Positions 32,259-42,348 of a stretch of 64,000 nt of DNA are shown piece by piece. The DNA is taken from assembly GCA_001772615.1 (NCBI GenBank), contig MEUZ01000003.1, positions 109,698 through 173,697 of the forward strand. Direction: 5' to 3'. The DNA comes from a candidate division WWE3 bacterium RIFCSPHIGHO2_01_FULL_40_23 (GTDB lineage Bacteria > Patescibacteriota > WWE3 > UBA101185 > 2-01-FULL-41-18). The notes beneath the pieces were generated by a model. The model was not told where the DNA came from. It did not search any database and was given only the letters and a program-made list of their open reading frames with translations. A program made the translations under genes and the position numbers. The number at the start of each line of letters is the position of its first letter. Within the stretch, counting starts at the first letter, position 1.

Positions 32259-32787
32259 GACCTATTTTTGTGGGAGGCCAAAATCTTAAAAATACCTTGC
32301 CGTCAATCCTTCCTTCGGACAAAGGCCCAAAAACCCTTGAATCGGCCGAGTGCAATCTGTTGTCTCCCAAAACGAAATAATATTTATCCGGCACATCAGC
32401 AACAAGACTTTGCACATCCTTAGTACAAACAGAAGGAGGAAGGTACTTCTCCTCAAGCTGCACTTTTTCACCAGTTTTTAAAATTACCCTTACAAAACAG
32501 TCTTTAATTTCAACTTTTTCTCCCGGGAGGCCTATAATTCTTTTTACGTAGTCTATATTATTGTTTCCAGGCGGATTAAAAATAATTATGTCACCTCTTT
32601 TTAGCCTGTGAAATTTCGGCGACAACCTCTCAACAAGAAGTCTTTCACCCGTATAAAGAGTAGGCTCCATAGAAGCCCCAACAACAACCTCGGGAAAAGC
32701 CAAAAAAGCATATACGGCTAAAAATATAGCGAGAGAAATAGCAAAAGTTTCAATCATCTCGGAGAAAAGATTTAAGAATGACTTCAT
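32248..32787 (-). CDS. lepB: Signal peptidase I
   Basis: GASMEPT, YVKRIIGLPG, GDNR..SADSR. Confidence 0.95.
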   Translation of the reverse strand: MKSFLNLFSEMIETFAISLAIFLAVYAFLAFPEVVVGASMEPTLYTGERLLVERLSPKFHRLKRGDIIIFNPPGNNNIDYVKRIIGLPGEKVEIKDCFVRVILKTGEKVQLEEKYLPPSVCTKDVQSLVADVPDKYYFVLGDNRLHSADSRVFGPLSEGRIDGKVFLRFWPPTKIGPIS

Positions 32788-32821
32788 AGGTGACAATTAT
32801 AACAGGAGTTATAATGGATTT

Positions 32822-33565
32822 GTGAAACTTTTAAAAAGGCCAAAGGAATCACTAATCCTGCTTCTGACATTGATTTTACTTGTCTCCATGACATCTTTTT
32901 CAATTGTTCAAGTAATAACAAATCTTTTGGCGGGTGTTATCTCCTGCCTTCTCTTTGACGCTTTTTTTCTAAAACTAAGAAAGATTAAACTCTTTAAACT
33001 CTCCGCCGCATTTGCAACAGGTCTTATACTTGCCATTCTCATCTCACCAAGCGCGCCTTTGTATGTGTTTGTTACTGCTTCACTAGCTGCCATGTTTTCT
33101 AAAAATTTTATAAGGCTTAAAAACTTCCATGTTTTTAATCCCGCGGCATTCGGGGCTTTCACGAGCCTCATCATCTTTAATATCCCTATCTCATGGTGGG
33201 CAGTATCCTACTCTTTAACCCCTGCACTGATCACAATTATCGGTGTTGGGTACATTACAATAATAAAGTTAAAAAAACTTCCTGTTCTGGTATCCTTTTA
33301 CACTGCCTTGATAATTACGTTCCTTCTTTTAAATGTTCCTCTACAAGCTATTTTTGATTACACAGCAATCTTTTTTGTCTTCGTTATGCTATGCGAACCA
33401 ATGACAAGTCCTAATAAAAAGACCCTTCAACTTGCTTATGGAGGTTTGGCGGCTCTTCTTTCCTTTACCCTTCCAGCTGAACTTGTAAAAGACCCTGTGA
33501 TCTTTTCGCTTCTACTCGTAAATGGGATGGGATTTTACTTTGAAAGAGTAACTCAAAAGATTTAA
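32822..33565 (+). CDS. RnfD/NqrB-like membrane protein
   Basis: HVFNPAAFG, FVMLCEPMTSP. Confidence 0.75.
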   Translation: MKLLKRPKESLILLLTLILLVSMTSFSIVQVITNLLAGVISCLLFDAFFLKLRKIKLFKLSAAFATGLILAILISPSAPLYVFVTASLAAMFSKNFIRLKNFHVFNPAAFGAFTSLIIFNIPISWWAVSYSLTPALITIIGVGYITIIKLKKLPVLVSFYTALIITFLLLNVPLQAIFDYTAIFFVFVMLCEPMTSPNKKTLQLAYGGLAALLSFTLPAELVKDPVIFSLLLVNGMGFYFERVTQKI

Positions 33566-33575
33566 ACTTCAACTT

Positions 33576-36134
33576 TTATAAGCCTCTTCCATGGCAATTT
33601 TTGTATTTTACGGGAGTACCGTCCGGCTTCTTCCTGCCGCAGGGACAGGGATCATTCCTTCCAACCTTCATTATTCCTGATTTTACAGGCTCAACTTTAA
33701 ATCTACGATGCTCTGCCTCTTCCTCCAAAACTCCCGTCTCAAGCTCCCCATGCTTGAATTCAACACCTCTTTCAGGCACTCTTCTTGCTACCCCGGCACC
33801 TTTTATTTCTTCCGCTTCAACTTTAGCAAGCTGAACAAAACGGGTGGCTACAGAGGAGTATATTCTTTCAACTAGAGCTCCAAATCTTAAATGCCCCTCC
33901 TTTCTGTATTCCACAAGCGGATCTCTTTGAGCGTAACCTCTTAAATTAATCCCTTCCATTACATCATCCATATCATCAAGATGCTCTATCCAAAGCGTGT
34001 CTATAACCTCAAGAGACACCATAGTAATAACCCGTCTTACCAGATCCTTTGAAGTTTCCCTCTCTTTCTCATCAATAAGAGAAGTTAAATCTTCATCGGT
34101 AAACGGTTGAATCTTTGGAATTAACCACTCTTTAGTCCACGGTTCTTCCGAAATACCAAGAAACTTTCGCCTTAACTTATAAATCACAACCCTTTGCTGA
34201 TTCATCACGTCATCAAACTCCACAACTCTTTTTCTTATGTCAAAGTTATGACCCTCAACTCTCTTTTGGGCATTTTCTATGGCCGAGGAAACAATACCTG
34301 CCTCAAGAGGAGTACTTTCATCAAGGCCAAATCTATCCATAAGCTTTTCTACCGTTGCACCTCCGAAAATTCTCATTAAGTCATCCTGTAAAGAAACAAA
34401 AAACCTTGACGACCCGAGATCACCCTGCCTTCCTGACCTTCCCCTTAGCTGATTGTCAATCCTTCTTGACTCATGCCTTTCAGTCCCAATTACATGAAGG
34501 CCCCCAAGTTCCCTTACCCCATCTTGTTCTAAAGGCTTAGCATTTTCACCTCCAAGAATAATGTCAACACCTCTTCCTGCCATATTCGTAGAAACGGTTA
34601 CTGCACCTTTTTTCCCGGCTTGCGCAATAATTAAGGCCTCCCTTTCATGGTTTTTCGCGTTTAATATCTCATGTGGAACCTTTTTTCTTTTTAGAAACTC
34701 GTGAAGAATCTCGCTTTTTTCAACAGAGGTGGTTCCCACAAGCACAGGCTGACCTTTCTGGTATTTCTCTTCTATTTCATTTGCCACTGCTCTAAACTTG
34801 GAGGCCTCCGTTTTGTAAACAACATCCGTATGGTCAATTCTCCTTGCCGGCATGTGCGTAGGTATCACAACAACCTCAAGTTTATATATCTTATGAAGCT
34901 CTTCAGCTTCCGTTTCCGCAGTCCCTGTCATTCCCGAGAGTTTTTTATACATTCTGAAGTAGTTCTGGTAAGAAATTTCGGCTAAAGTTCTGGATTCCCT
35001 TTGTATTTCAACCCCTTCTTTGGCTTCTATTGCCTGATGCAAGCCTTCGGAATATCGGTTGCTTGGGAGAAGCCTCCCTGTAAACTGATCAACAATCACA
35101 ACTTTGTCCTCTTTAAGTACATAATCTTTATCTCTTTGAAACAGGGCTTTTGCCTTAAGAGCCTGCTCAACATGGTGCACTGTCTCAAAATCTTTCTCAT
35201 AAAGGTTATCCACGTTAAGAAGCCTCTCCACCCTTCTTATACCAAGGTCAGTAAGAACAACACTGTTTCTCTTTTCGTCAACTTCATAATCGGTTCCTCT
35301 GGCAAGATTATTCACAAGATTTGCTATCTCATAGTATTTCTGCGTTGATTCTTCTGCGGGAGCGGAGATAATTAGGGGCGTTCTTGCCACATCAATAAGA
35401 ATTGAATCGGCCTCATCAACAATGGCATAGTTGTGAACACCAAGGTCGCCATTTCGGTTTACTTGAACGAGTTCGCTACCATCTAACGCTCTATTATCTC
35501 TTAAATAATCAAACCCGAATTCATGATTTGTTCCGTATGTAACATCGCATTTATACGCCTCCGCTCTTAATACCGGTCTTAATTTTTTAGAGAGTGGATC
35601 CAGAAATTCTGGATTATCAAAAGAGGGGTCAAAGACGTACGCTTTTTCGGAAACTATAGCTCCAACGGTCAATCCAAGATAACTATAAATTGGCCCCATC
35701 CATCCTGCATGATGGGCTGAAAGATAATCATTAGGAGTAACCAGATGGGCTCCATCCCCCGTTAAGGCATTAAGATATAAGGGGGCAGTTGCGGTTAAGG
35801 TCTTTCCTTCCCCCGTTTTTTGCTCCGCGACTTTTCCTTGTGAAAGCGCAATTCCCGCAAGAAGCTGGACGTCAAAATGCCTTTTATTTATAGTTCTTTT
35901 CCCCGCCTCCCTTACTAAGGCAAAGGCCATGGGGAGAATTTTATCAAGGTATGCGTTTTTTTCTTCAAAACTTTTTCCTTTTAACTCTTCTTGCCACCTA
36001 GTTGTTTTTTCTTTTATCTCATTTTCACTTAAAGCGGAAACCTCCGCCTCTAAAGCGTTAATTTTTAAAACAAGCGGTTTTAATTTTGAAAGCTCTTTTT
36101 CATTTGAATCAAAGAGTTTACCCAGTAGTGTCAT
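33576..36134 (-). CDS. secA: Preprotein translocase SecA
   Basis: KTGEGKT, VDEADS, NMAGRG, QLRGRSGRQGD, SEC-C motif GRNDPCPCG. Confidence 0.98.
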   Translation of the reverse strand: MTLLGKLFDSNEKELSKLKPLVLKINALEAEVSALSENEIKEKTTRWQEELKGKSFEEKNAYLDKILPMAFALVREAGKRTINKRHFDVQLLAGIALSQGKVAEQKTGEGKTLTATAPLYLNALTGDGAHLVTPNDYLSAHHAGWMGPIYSYLGLTVGAIVSEKAYVFDPSFDNPEFLDPLSKKLRPVLRAEAYKCDVTYGTNHEFGFDYLRDNRALDGSELVQVNRNGDLGVHNYAIVDEADSILIDVARTPLIISAPAEESTQKYYEIANLVNNLARGTDYEVDEKRNSVVLTDLGIRRVERLLNVDNLYEKDFETVHHVEQALKAKALFQRDKDYVLKEDKVVIVDQFTGRLLPSNRYSEGLHQAIEAKEGVEIQRESRTLAEISYQNYFRMYKKLSGMTGTAETEAEELHKIYKLEVVVIPTHMPARRIDHTDVVYKTEASKFRAVANEIEEKYQKGQPVLVGTTSVEKSEILHEFLKRKKVPHEILNAKNHEREALIIAQAGKKGAVTVSTNMAGRGVDIILGGENAKPLEQDGVRELGGLHVIGTERHESRRIDNQLRGRSGRQGDLGSSRFFVSLQDDLMRIFGGATVEKLMDRFGLDESTPLEAGIVSSAIENAQKRVEGHNFDIRKRVVEFDDVMNQQRVVIYKLRRKFLGISEEPWTKEWLIPKIQPFTDEDLTSLIDEKERETSKDLVRRVITMVSLEVIDTLWIEHLDDMDDVMEGINLRGYAQRDPLVEYRKEGHLRFGALVERIYSSVATRFVQLAKVEAEEIKGAGVARRVPERGVEFKHGELETGVLEEEAEHRRFKVEPVKSGIMKVGRNDPCPCGRKKPDGTPVKYKNCHGRGL

Positions 36135-36177
36135 AACTTTCGTATTCTACAACTCAAACGCCTTTATTTAAACTAAT

Positions 36178-36930
36178 CTAGTACAAAAAATAGAGGACTA
36201 CAAAAGCAAGGATAACTCTATATATAATAAAAACTGATAAGGACTTCGCTTTCAGAAAGTTTATCAGGAATTTAATAGCAAGAAGTCCTGAAACAAACGA
36301 GGCCAAAATACCAGCAAAGTAAGGCGCATAACCTATAGAAGCTATAAAAGATGATGTCGTAAAAAGCTTAAAAAATGCAGCAGCTAAAACTGCAGGTGTT
36401 GACAAGAAAAATGAAAACTTTGCTGCGTCCTCCCTCTTAAGTCCACCTAAAAGTCCCCCTGAAATAGTAACACCTGACCTTGAAATTCCAGGAAGCAACG
36501 CCAACGGCTGAACAAATCCCATTATTAACGCGGTTTTTAAATTAAGCTTCGTTCCTTTTTCCAGTTTTCCCGCCGCATATTCAGCTAAAACCATTATTAA
36601 AGAACCAATAAGCAGAAACACAACTACCCAAAAAGCCTCCCTGAAAAAATTCTCCACCGGCCCATCAAGAAAAAAACCAACAATCATAACAGGAAGAGAA
36701 CCGGCTGTAAGATAAAGAGCCATCTTTCTATCCATTTTCAGAAAATCTCTGGCAAAATAAACAAAGACGGCTGCAGCTGTACCTAAATGCAGGGATGTGT
36801 CAAAAACCAAAGGAGATTTCCCCCAGTCAAAAAACCAAGGGATAAGCAAAAGGTGGGCTGTTGAGGATATAGGTAAAAACTCCGTGACACCCTGAACTAA
36901 ACCTAAAATGACCGCCTGGAAAATGCTCAT
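36178..36930 (-). CDS. uppP: Undecaprenyl-diphosphate phosphatase
   Basis: QGVTEFLPISSTAH, PGISRSG. Confidence 0.96.
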   Translation of the reverse strand: MSIFQAVILGLVQGVTEFLPISSTAHLLLIPWFFDWGKSPLVFDTSLHLGTAAAVFVYFARDFLKMDRKMALYLTAGSLPVMIVGFFLDGPVENFFREAFWVVVFLLIGSLIMVLAEYAAGKLEKGTKLNLKTALIMGFVQPLALLPGISRSGVTISGGLLGGLKREDAAKFSFFLSTPAVLAAAFFKLFTTSSFIASIGYAPYFAGILASFVSGLLAIKFLINFLKAKSLSVFIIYRVILAFVVLYFLY

Positions 36931-37616
36931 GAGTAGCCATAAATTATAACATTATCCGAATTAGTTTTTCCCGCGACAATAAGAGATCTCACTTCCGAAA
37001 AATATTCCGAGACATTTTCAATGAAGTTATTTACATCATCCTGATGGTGCTTTAAATAAATCCTATTAAACACAGCTAAGCCGTTTGGGATAAGAAGCCT
37101 TTTAATTCCTGAAAAAAAACTTCCCGAATTTCCAAGTTCAGGATAAACTTCTCCAACAAAAATATTTGTGATAACGCAGTCAAATTCGTTCGGGGAAAGA
37201 CCAAACTCCTCTGGGCTTGTAACAACTCTTAAGGCATCATCAGTGATAATTCTATGGTTTGGTATAGAACCTACGTCAAAATACTTTCTGGCTATTTCAA
37301 CCATAACCGAATCAAACTCAACGCTGACAATGGAAACACCTTTGTGTCTTTCGGACAGAATCCAAGGTATAGCGCCTCCCCCAAGCCCAAGAAGTAAAAC
37401 ATGACTCGGTTCTCCTAAAGACTCGGTTATTACATCAACAATCCTTCCCCAATACATTCTCCCAGCAAGGGGAGAGCCGCGGTTAACCGATTGTGTAACT
37501 CCGTCAGCAATAAGCCTCCTTGTCTTGCCCTTTTCCAAAACCTTGATTTTACCGTTTAAAGGAGATGTAGTCTCAAAAACCACCTTGGGAGGAGTAACAT
37601 CGGAAAAGACAGTCAT
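36927..37616 (-). CDS. Spermidine synthase-like SAM-binding protein
   Basis: DGVTQS, LLGLGGG, VEFD, DDA. Confidence 0.75.
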   Translation of the reverse strand: MTVFSDVTPPKVVFETTSPLNGKIKVLEKGKTRRLIADGVTQSVNRGSPLAGRMYWGRIVDVITESLGEPSHVLLLGLGGGAIPWILSERHKGVSIVSVEFDSVMVEIARKYFDVGSIPNHRIITDDALRVVTSPEEFGLSPNEFDCVITNIFVGEVYPELGNSGSFFSGIKRLLIPNGLAVFNRIYLKHHQDDVNNFIENVSEYFSEVRSLIVAGKTNSDNVIIYGYS

Positions 37617-38950
37617 CAGGATATTTCTTTCTTACCCATCAGTTTTTGCAACGCTTCAGGCACTTTTATAGTACCATCCTCTTTCTGGTAATTGTCAAGG
37701 ATAGAAATAATCATTCTACCCATAGCGCAACCCGTGTCGTTTACAGTATGGGCGTATCGGGTACTTCCTCCATCCTTAAATCTAATGTTTAATCTTCTTG
37801 CCTGAAAATCGGTGGCATTTGTATCAGTCATTACTTCCATAAACTCCCTTTGGGAAGGAAGCCAAACCTCAGCATCATATTGCTTATGAGAAGCAAGGTA
37901 GCCCGCATCGGCACTGCATTTATTTAAAACTCTGTATGGAAGCTGTAACTGCTGCAAAAACCACTCATTTATTTCCCTCAAGTATTCCATAGTTTCATCA
38001 GAGGTTTCAGGAATAGTCACAACATCCATCTCAAGCTTATCAAACTGATGAACTCTTTTTATTCCGTAAACATCCTTCCCCCACGACCCTACTTCACTTC
38101 TAAAACATGATGTTAAAGCAAACATTTTATATGGAAGCTCCATCTTTGAAACTGTTCTATCCATAAAATAGGCAAAGAGAGGGGGCTCGGACGATCCTAC
38201 AAGATAAAGATTTTCTCTATTTTCAACATTGTCGCTTTCAATTTTATATACCTGGTCCCTTCCTTCAGGAAAATGACTGGTGCCGACTAAAACCCTATCC
38301 TTCACAAGAAGGGGTACCATCATTGGAACAAAACCTTCGGAAACTAACTTTTTCTTAAGAAGTGAGGCCAAAGCATCCTGCAGCAAAACCGCGTCATTTT
38401 TCAGATAGCAAAACCTGCTTCCCGACGTGATGGCACTTTGCTCAACATCTATCATGTCATGCATCTTTCCAAGCTCAATGTGATCCTTCATCTTAAAATT
38501 TGCTTCAGGCATGTATTTAGCTGCGCTATTTCCTTTTCCAAGTTTTTTCTTTGGAAGATATCCATCTAAGGGCGTCCACACAGCTAATTCCACATTATCG
38601 TCAGGACCGTCGCCTATTGGCATATTGGAACAGGGAATATTGGGAAGATATAAAAGCTTCTCATTTAATTTCCCTTCAAGAATTTTCAGATCATTTTCAA
38701 ATTTCTTTAATTCTATCTTCAACCTCAAAGCTTCCTTAATTAATTCCGCCCTCTCTTTAGCAACCTTTGTTTTTGAAACCTGTTCAGAGAGGCTGTTTCT
38801 TAAAGCTCTATGAGACTCAACGTGCGAAAGCATCTCAAGTCTTTGGTCATCAAGCTTTAAAATCTCATCCACATCCGTCTTTGCCTTCCTTACCCTAACT
38901 GCATATTTTACCTTGTCGGGAAAAGCTCTGATAAATTTAATATCAAGCAT
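37616..38950 (-). CDS. serS: Serine--tRNA ligase
   Basis: MLDIKFIR, CFRSEVGS, RVHQFDKLE, TDFQARRL. Confidence 0.97.
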   Translation of the reverse strand: MLDIKFIRAFPDKVKYAVRVRKAKTDVDEILKLDDQRLEMLSHVESHRALRNSLSEQVSKTKVAKERAELIKEALRLKIELKKFENDLKILEGKLNEKLLYLPNIPCSNMPIGDGPDDNVELAVWTPLDGYLPKKKLGKGNSAAKYMPEANFKMKDHIELGKMHDMIDVEQSAITSGSRFCYLKNDAVLLQDALASLLKKKLVSEGFVPMMVPLLVKDRVLVGTSHFPEGRDQVYKIESDNVENRENLYLVGSSEPPLFAYFMDRTVSKMELPYKMFALTSCFRSEVGSWGKDVYGIKRVHQFDKLEMDVVTIPETSDETMEYLREINEWFLQQLQLPYRVLNKCSADAGYLASHKQYDAEVWLPSQREFMEVMTDTNATDFQARRLNIRFKDGGSTRYAHTVNDTGCAMGRMIISILDNYQKEDGTIKVPEALQKLMGKKEIS

Positions 38951-38955
38951 ATAGC

Positions 38956-39627
38956 TTACCTTTCAGCGTTAACATATATATTACAAAAGTATTCAAGGAG
39001 TCCTAAAAGATTGATGGATTTATAATAATACCTGCACGTCTTTCTAACAACTTCCCTCTCTTTAACACCCCCAAAGCCTATAAACATATCACATACCTGT
39101 CCGGCTCTAACGTCAGTCATCCCATCTCCAACAAAAACGGTCGGGCCGCTCACCGAAATTTCTTTCAACACTAACTCCTTGCCAAAATCCTCCGCTAAAA
39201 TAGACCCTTTGGCAATTCTCTTAAAGCTACCGCTTTTATCAAACTCAAGATCCACCCCATAAACATTTTCTCTTTTAACACCCGCGTAATCCGCAAAAAT
39301 ATCAATAGCCTCCTTTAAACCTCCGCTTGCTATGTAAACCTCTCCTCCAAGACTTCCAATTATTCCAAAAAGAGTTTTTACGCCAGGAAGTTTTGACTCA
39401 ATATATTTTTCCCCAAGAAGCTCCAAATCTTCTTTCTTAGGCTTAATCAGTGAAAGCCTTTCTTGCAGAGAATCCTTAAAGGGGGTCTCGCCTGTCATTC
39501 CCGATTCCGTGATCTTTCTTATCTTCATACTTATTTCCTCACTACAGGATAAACTGTCCAACCCCTCTATTGAGACAAGAGTGCTGTCGCAATCAAAAAC
39601 GAAATTTTTAAAGCTTAAGGTAGTCAT
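38956..39627 (-). CDS. serB: Phosphoserine phosphatase (HAD-IB)
   Basis: FDCDSTL, SGG, K, VGDGMTD, FIGFGG. Confidence 0.85.
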   Translation of the reverse strand: MTTLSFKNFVFDCDSTLVSIEGLDSLSCSEEISMKIRKITESGMTGETPFKDSLQERLSLIKPKKEDLELLGEKYIESKLPGVKTLFGIIGSLGGEVYIASGGLKEAIDIFADYAGVKRENVYGVDLEFDKSGSFKRIAKGSILAEDFGKELVLKEISVSGPTVFVGDGMTDVRAGQVCDMFIGFGGVKEREVVRKTCRYYYKSINLLGLLEYFCNIYVNAER

Positions 39628-39637
39628 ATTTCCCCAT

Positions 39638-39806
39638 AAAAAAACCCTCCTGTATCGGAGGGGTCAAATGACGGTACCACCCTTTGTTTAACTTTATTCA
39701 CAGCTGTAACGGGCATCCCCGGAATCAGTTAGCTATCCAAAACTTTCTGGTTTTGGATGGGATCTGATCAGCTAAAGCAGTGGAAAACCTGCTCTTAACG
39801 CTTTTA
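39638..39806 (-). promoter_or_regulatory. T-box riboswitch (Ser, UCC specifier) with transcriptional terminator
   Basis: Antiterminator AGGG-TGGTACC-GTC-attt-GAC-CCCT; terminator CCCTCC-gataca-GGAGGG-T7; CCGTTA F-box; stem II ATCCAAAAC/GTTTTGGAT; short stem I GCAG-GTTTTCCA-CTGC; upstream of serB-serS. Confidence 0.9.
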
Positions 39807-39849
39807 TATGTTCCAATCTTTATACATGAAAAACCTAAAATCTGTCAAG

Positions 39850-39878
39850 TTGATGCATAACAAGTAAAGGGATAAAAT
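39850..39878 (+). promoter_or_regulatory. Sigma70 promoter for 39925..40200
   Basis: TTGATG-17 nt-TAAAAT; AAGGAG SD before the ATG. Confidence 0.55.
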
Positions 39879-39924
39879 ACCTCCATCAAAATCACGGCCT
39901 AATGGCCAAAAAAAGGAGACAGAT

Positions 39925-40200
39925 ATGAGTCAGGAAATCGTGTTTGTTGACGTAGTCAGGCTGGAGGGCCACAGAACACCGGTTGCGGTACTCTCCAAAG
40001 TTGGTGCGAGTGGGGTACAACTCTACCTTAAAAATGGCTCAACATTCGGTCTTACTCTCACACCAAACATCAATGAAGCCCTTCCTATGGACGTGAGTCC
40101 TCGATCGCGTGATGTGATCACTACTCTGGCCAGGGAACGTTTCGGTGTAGAGGAAGATATGGTCAGATTCAACAATTGGCCTGAATTCCCCGCCGATTAA
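39925..40200 (+). CDS. Hypothetical protein
   Basis: 91 aa ORF with SD, promoter and terminator. Confidence 0.65.
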   Translation: MSQEIVFVDVVRLEGHRTPVAVLSKVGASGVQLYLKNGSTFGLTLTPNINEALPMDVSPRSRDVITTLARERFGVEEDMVRFNNWPEFPAD

Positions 40201-40218
40201 CAAAAAGCGTCTCTCAAA

Positions 40219-40250
40219 CAGCCTGTTACCCAAAGTGACAGGCTGATTTT
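40219..40250 (+). terminator. Intrinsic terminator between convergent genes
   Basis: CAGCCTGTTAC-ccaaa-GTGACAGGCTG followed by ATTTT. Confidence 0.7.
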
Positions 40251-40275
40251 CTTCTCGCCTAGAAACAGTGGATCG

Positions 40276-40878
40276 TTAGAGCCCAAGCTTCACGGCATCT
40301 TCCTGCATTGCCGAAAGCGTAACCTCCATAAACTTATCCAAAGAAATTCCAAGCTTCTCGCTGCACTGCTCTATCTGCTCCCTTGAAACGGTTCTTGCAA
40401 ACTCCTTTTGCTTCCATTTCTTCTTAACGGAATCCACATCAACCGAAACAAGTTTCTTATCCGGCTTGACCAATGCACACGCGACAATGAACCCCGTTAG
40501 CTCATCAACACATTCCAAAGACCACTCAAGAAGGGTTTCGGGCTCTCTTAAATGAGTCACTTTAGTATTATGGGATTTAAAAGCTTCTACAATATGGGAA
40601 TGGACATCATAAACTTTAAGCCAGTCAAGAAGCATGATCGTATGCTTTTCCCAGTTATCCTTAGTTATTTCATAATCCGCATCATGCAAAAGTCCCACAA
40701 CTCCCCAGTCCTCCTCCGACAGATTATTAACGGAGCTTTCATTTCTTCCCTCTTTTTTAAAATATCTATACAATGCCCTCATTGCCACCGAAACTGCATA
40801 GCAATGCCTTCTTAAATTTACATTAAGCATATTTTTGTGAAGAATTTCCGTGGCAATATTATGAGTCAGCTTTTCCAT
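40276..40878 (-). CDS. HD-domain phosphohydrolase
   Basis: LRRHC, GLLHDADYE, DELTGFIVACALVKP. Confidence 0.9.
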   Translation of the reverse strand: MEKLTHNIATEILHKNMLNVNLRRHCYAVSVAMRALYRYFKKEGRNESSVNNLSEEDWGVVGLLHDADYEITKDNWEKHTIMLLDWLKVYDVHSHIVEAFKSHNTKVTHLREPETLLEWSLECVDELTGFIVACALVKPDKKLVSVDVDSVKKKWKQKEFARTVSREQIEQCSEKLGISLDKFMEVTLSAMQEDAVKLGL

Positions 40879-40881
40879 AGC

Positions 40882-42348
40882 TTAATCAAGAGGACCTACA
40901 ATCTCAATGTTTTCTTCAGGTTTAAGAAGCGGAAACATAACGCATTCTCTTATAGACTTCCCGGCAAGGAACGAAAAAAGCCTTTCGGAAACGCCAAACC
41001 CCGTAACGGGAGGCATCCCATATTCAAGAGACCTTACAAAATCATAATCAAACATCTGGGCCTCCGTATCGCCTTTTTCTCTCATTTCCTGCTGGTCTTT
41101 AAATCTTTCCGCCTGATCAATTGGATTATTAAGCTCCGAATACCCATTCCCAACTTCTGATCCACCGATAATAACCTGATACCTCTCAACAAAGTCAGGA
41201 TCATCTGCTTTTCTTTTGGCAAGAGGCGAAACTTCCACAGGATGATCAGTAAGAAAGAGCGGACCTGAAATATTTTTCCTGACCGCCTTCCAAAGATGGT
41301 CTAAAAGCCTACCTTTGGTATCAGATTCCATAAATCTGATCTTCATTTTCTTAAGCTTTTCTTTTAGGTCCTCCGAGGAAGCTTTTTTAATATCAATCCC
41401 CAGCTCCTTTTTCAAAGCATCAGTAAAAGTTAACCTACCCCACTTTTGATTCAAATTTATCTTCTTCCCAAATATTTCAAATTCATAAGTTCCAAAAGTT
41501 TCAAAAGCAACTTTTTTGTACATCTCCTCAACAAGCTTCATGGAATCCTCATAATTTGCAAAAGCCCAGTAAAATTCCACCTGCGTGTAATCCTGGAGGT
41601 GCTCTTTACTAATTCCTTCGTTTCTAAACTGCCTTCCAATCTCAAATGTTTTTTCAAAACCTCCCGTCATTAACCTTTTCTGCCACAACTCTCCCATTGA
41701 AATTCTTAAATACACATCAATATCCAAAGCATTATGATGGGTAACAAAGGGATTAGCGTCGGCTCCTCCCGCGGTATTTTCTAAAACGGGCGTTTCAACC
41801 TCCAAAAAACCTTTAGAGAGTAGGAAACTTCTGATGGAATTCCAAAACTTTGATTTTTGTCTGAAAAGATCTCTTAACTTAGTATTTAAATTAAAATCAA
41901 CATATCTTTGTCTGTATCTTTCCTCAACATCTTTAAGCCCAAACCATTCGGAAGGCATAGGCCTAAAAGACTTGGACAACAGCTTATAATCCCCAACCTC
42001 AACCGTGATTTCTCCAGCTTTAGTAGTAAAGAGCTTGCCTTTGGCAAACAAAAAATCCCCTGCGTCTAAAAGATCAAGAAACTCATAGCTTTTACCACCT
42101 AATGCATCCTCCTTAAAAAGAAGCTGTATTTTGGAGGATTCATCATAAACATCCGAAAAAGTGATCTTTCCATGCTTTCTGAAACCGTGGAGCCTTCCGC
42201 ATACTTCAACTATCTCCCCCATCGGCTTTAAAAGAATTTCGGCAATAAAAGTCTTATCAATGGAAAATGAAAGATATGGATTAACCCCAAGTTCCAGTAT
42301 CTTTTTGAATTTTTCAATACGAGTGGAAATAATGTCCCTAGAACTCAT
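40882..42348 (-). CDS. lysS: Lysine--tRNA ligase (class II)
   Basis: RYRQRY, EVETP, FRNEG, YSELN.P, YGMPP. Confidence 0.97.
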   Translation of the reverse strand: MSSRDIISTRIEKFKKILELGVNPYLSFSIDKTFIAEILLKPMGEIVEVCGRLHGFRKHGKITFSDVYDESSKIQLLFKEDALGGKSYEFLDLLDAGDFLFAKGKLFTTKAGEITVEVGDYKLLSKSFRPMPSEWFGLKDVEERYRQRYVDFNLNTKLRDLFRQKSKFWNSIRSFLLSKGFLEVETPVLENTAGGADANPFVTHHNALDIDVYLRISMGELWQKRLMTGGFEKTFEIGRQFRNEGISKEHLQDYTQVEFYWAFANYEDSMKLVEEMYKKVAFETFGTYEFEIFGKKINLNQKWGRLTFTDALKKELGIDIKKASSEDLKEKLKKMKIRFMESDTKGRLLDHLWKAVRKNISGPLFLTDHPVEVSPLAKRKADDPDFVERYQVIIGGSEVGNGYSELNNPIDQAERFKDQQEMREKGDTEAQMFDYDFVRSLEYGMPPVTGFGVSERLFSFLAGKSIRECVMFPLLKPEENIEIVGPLD

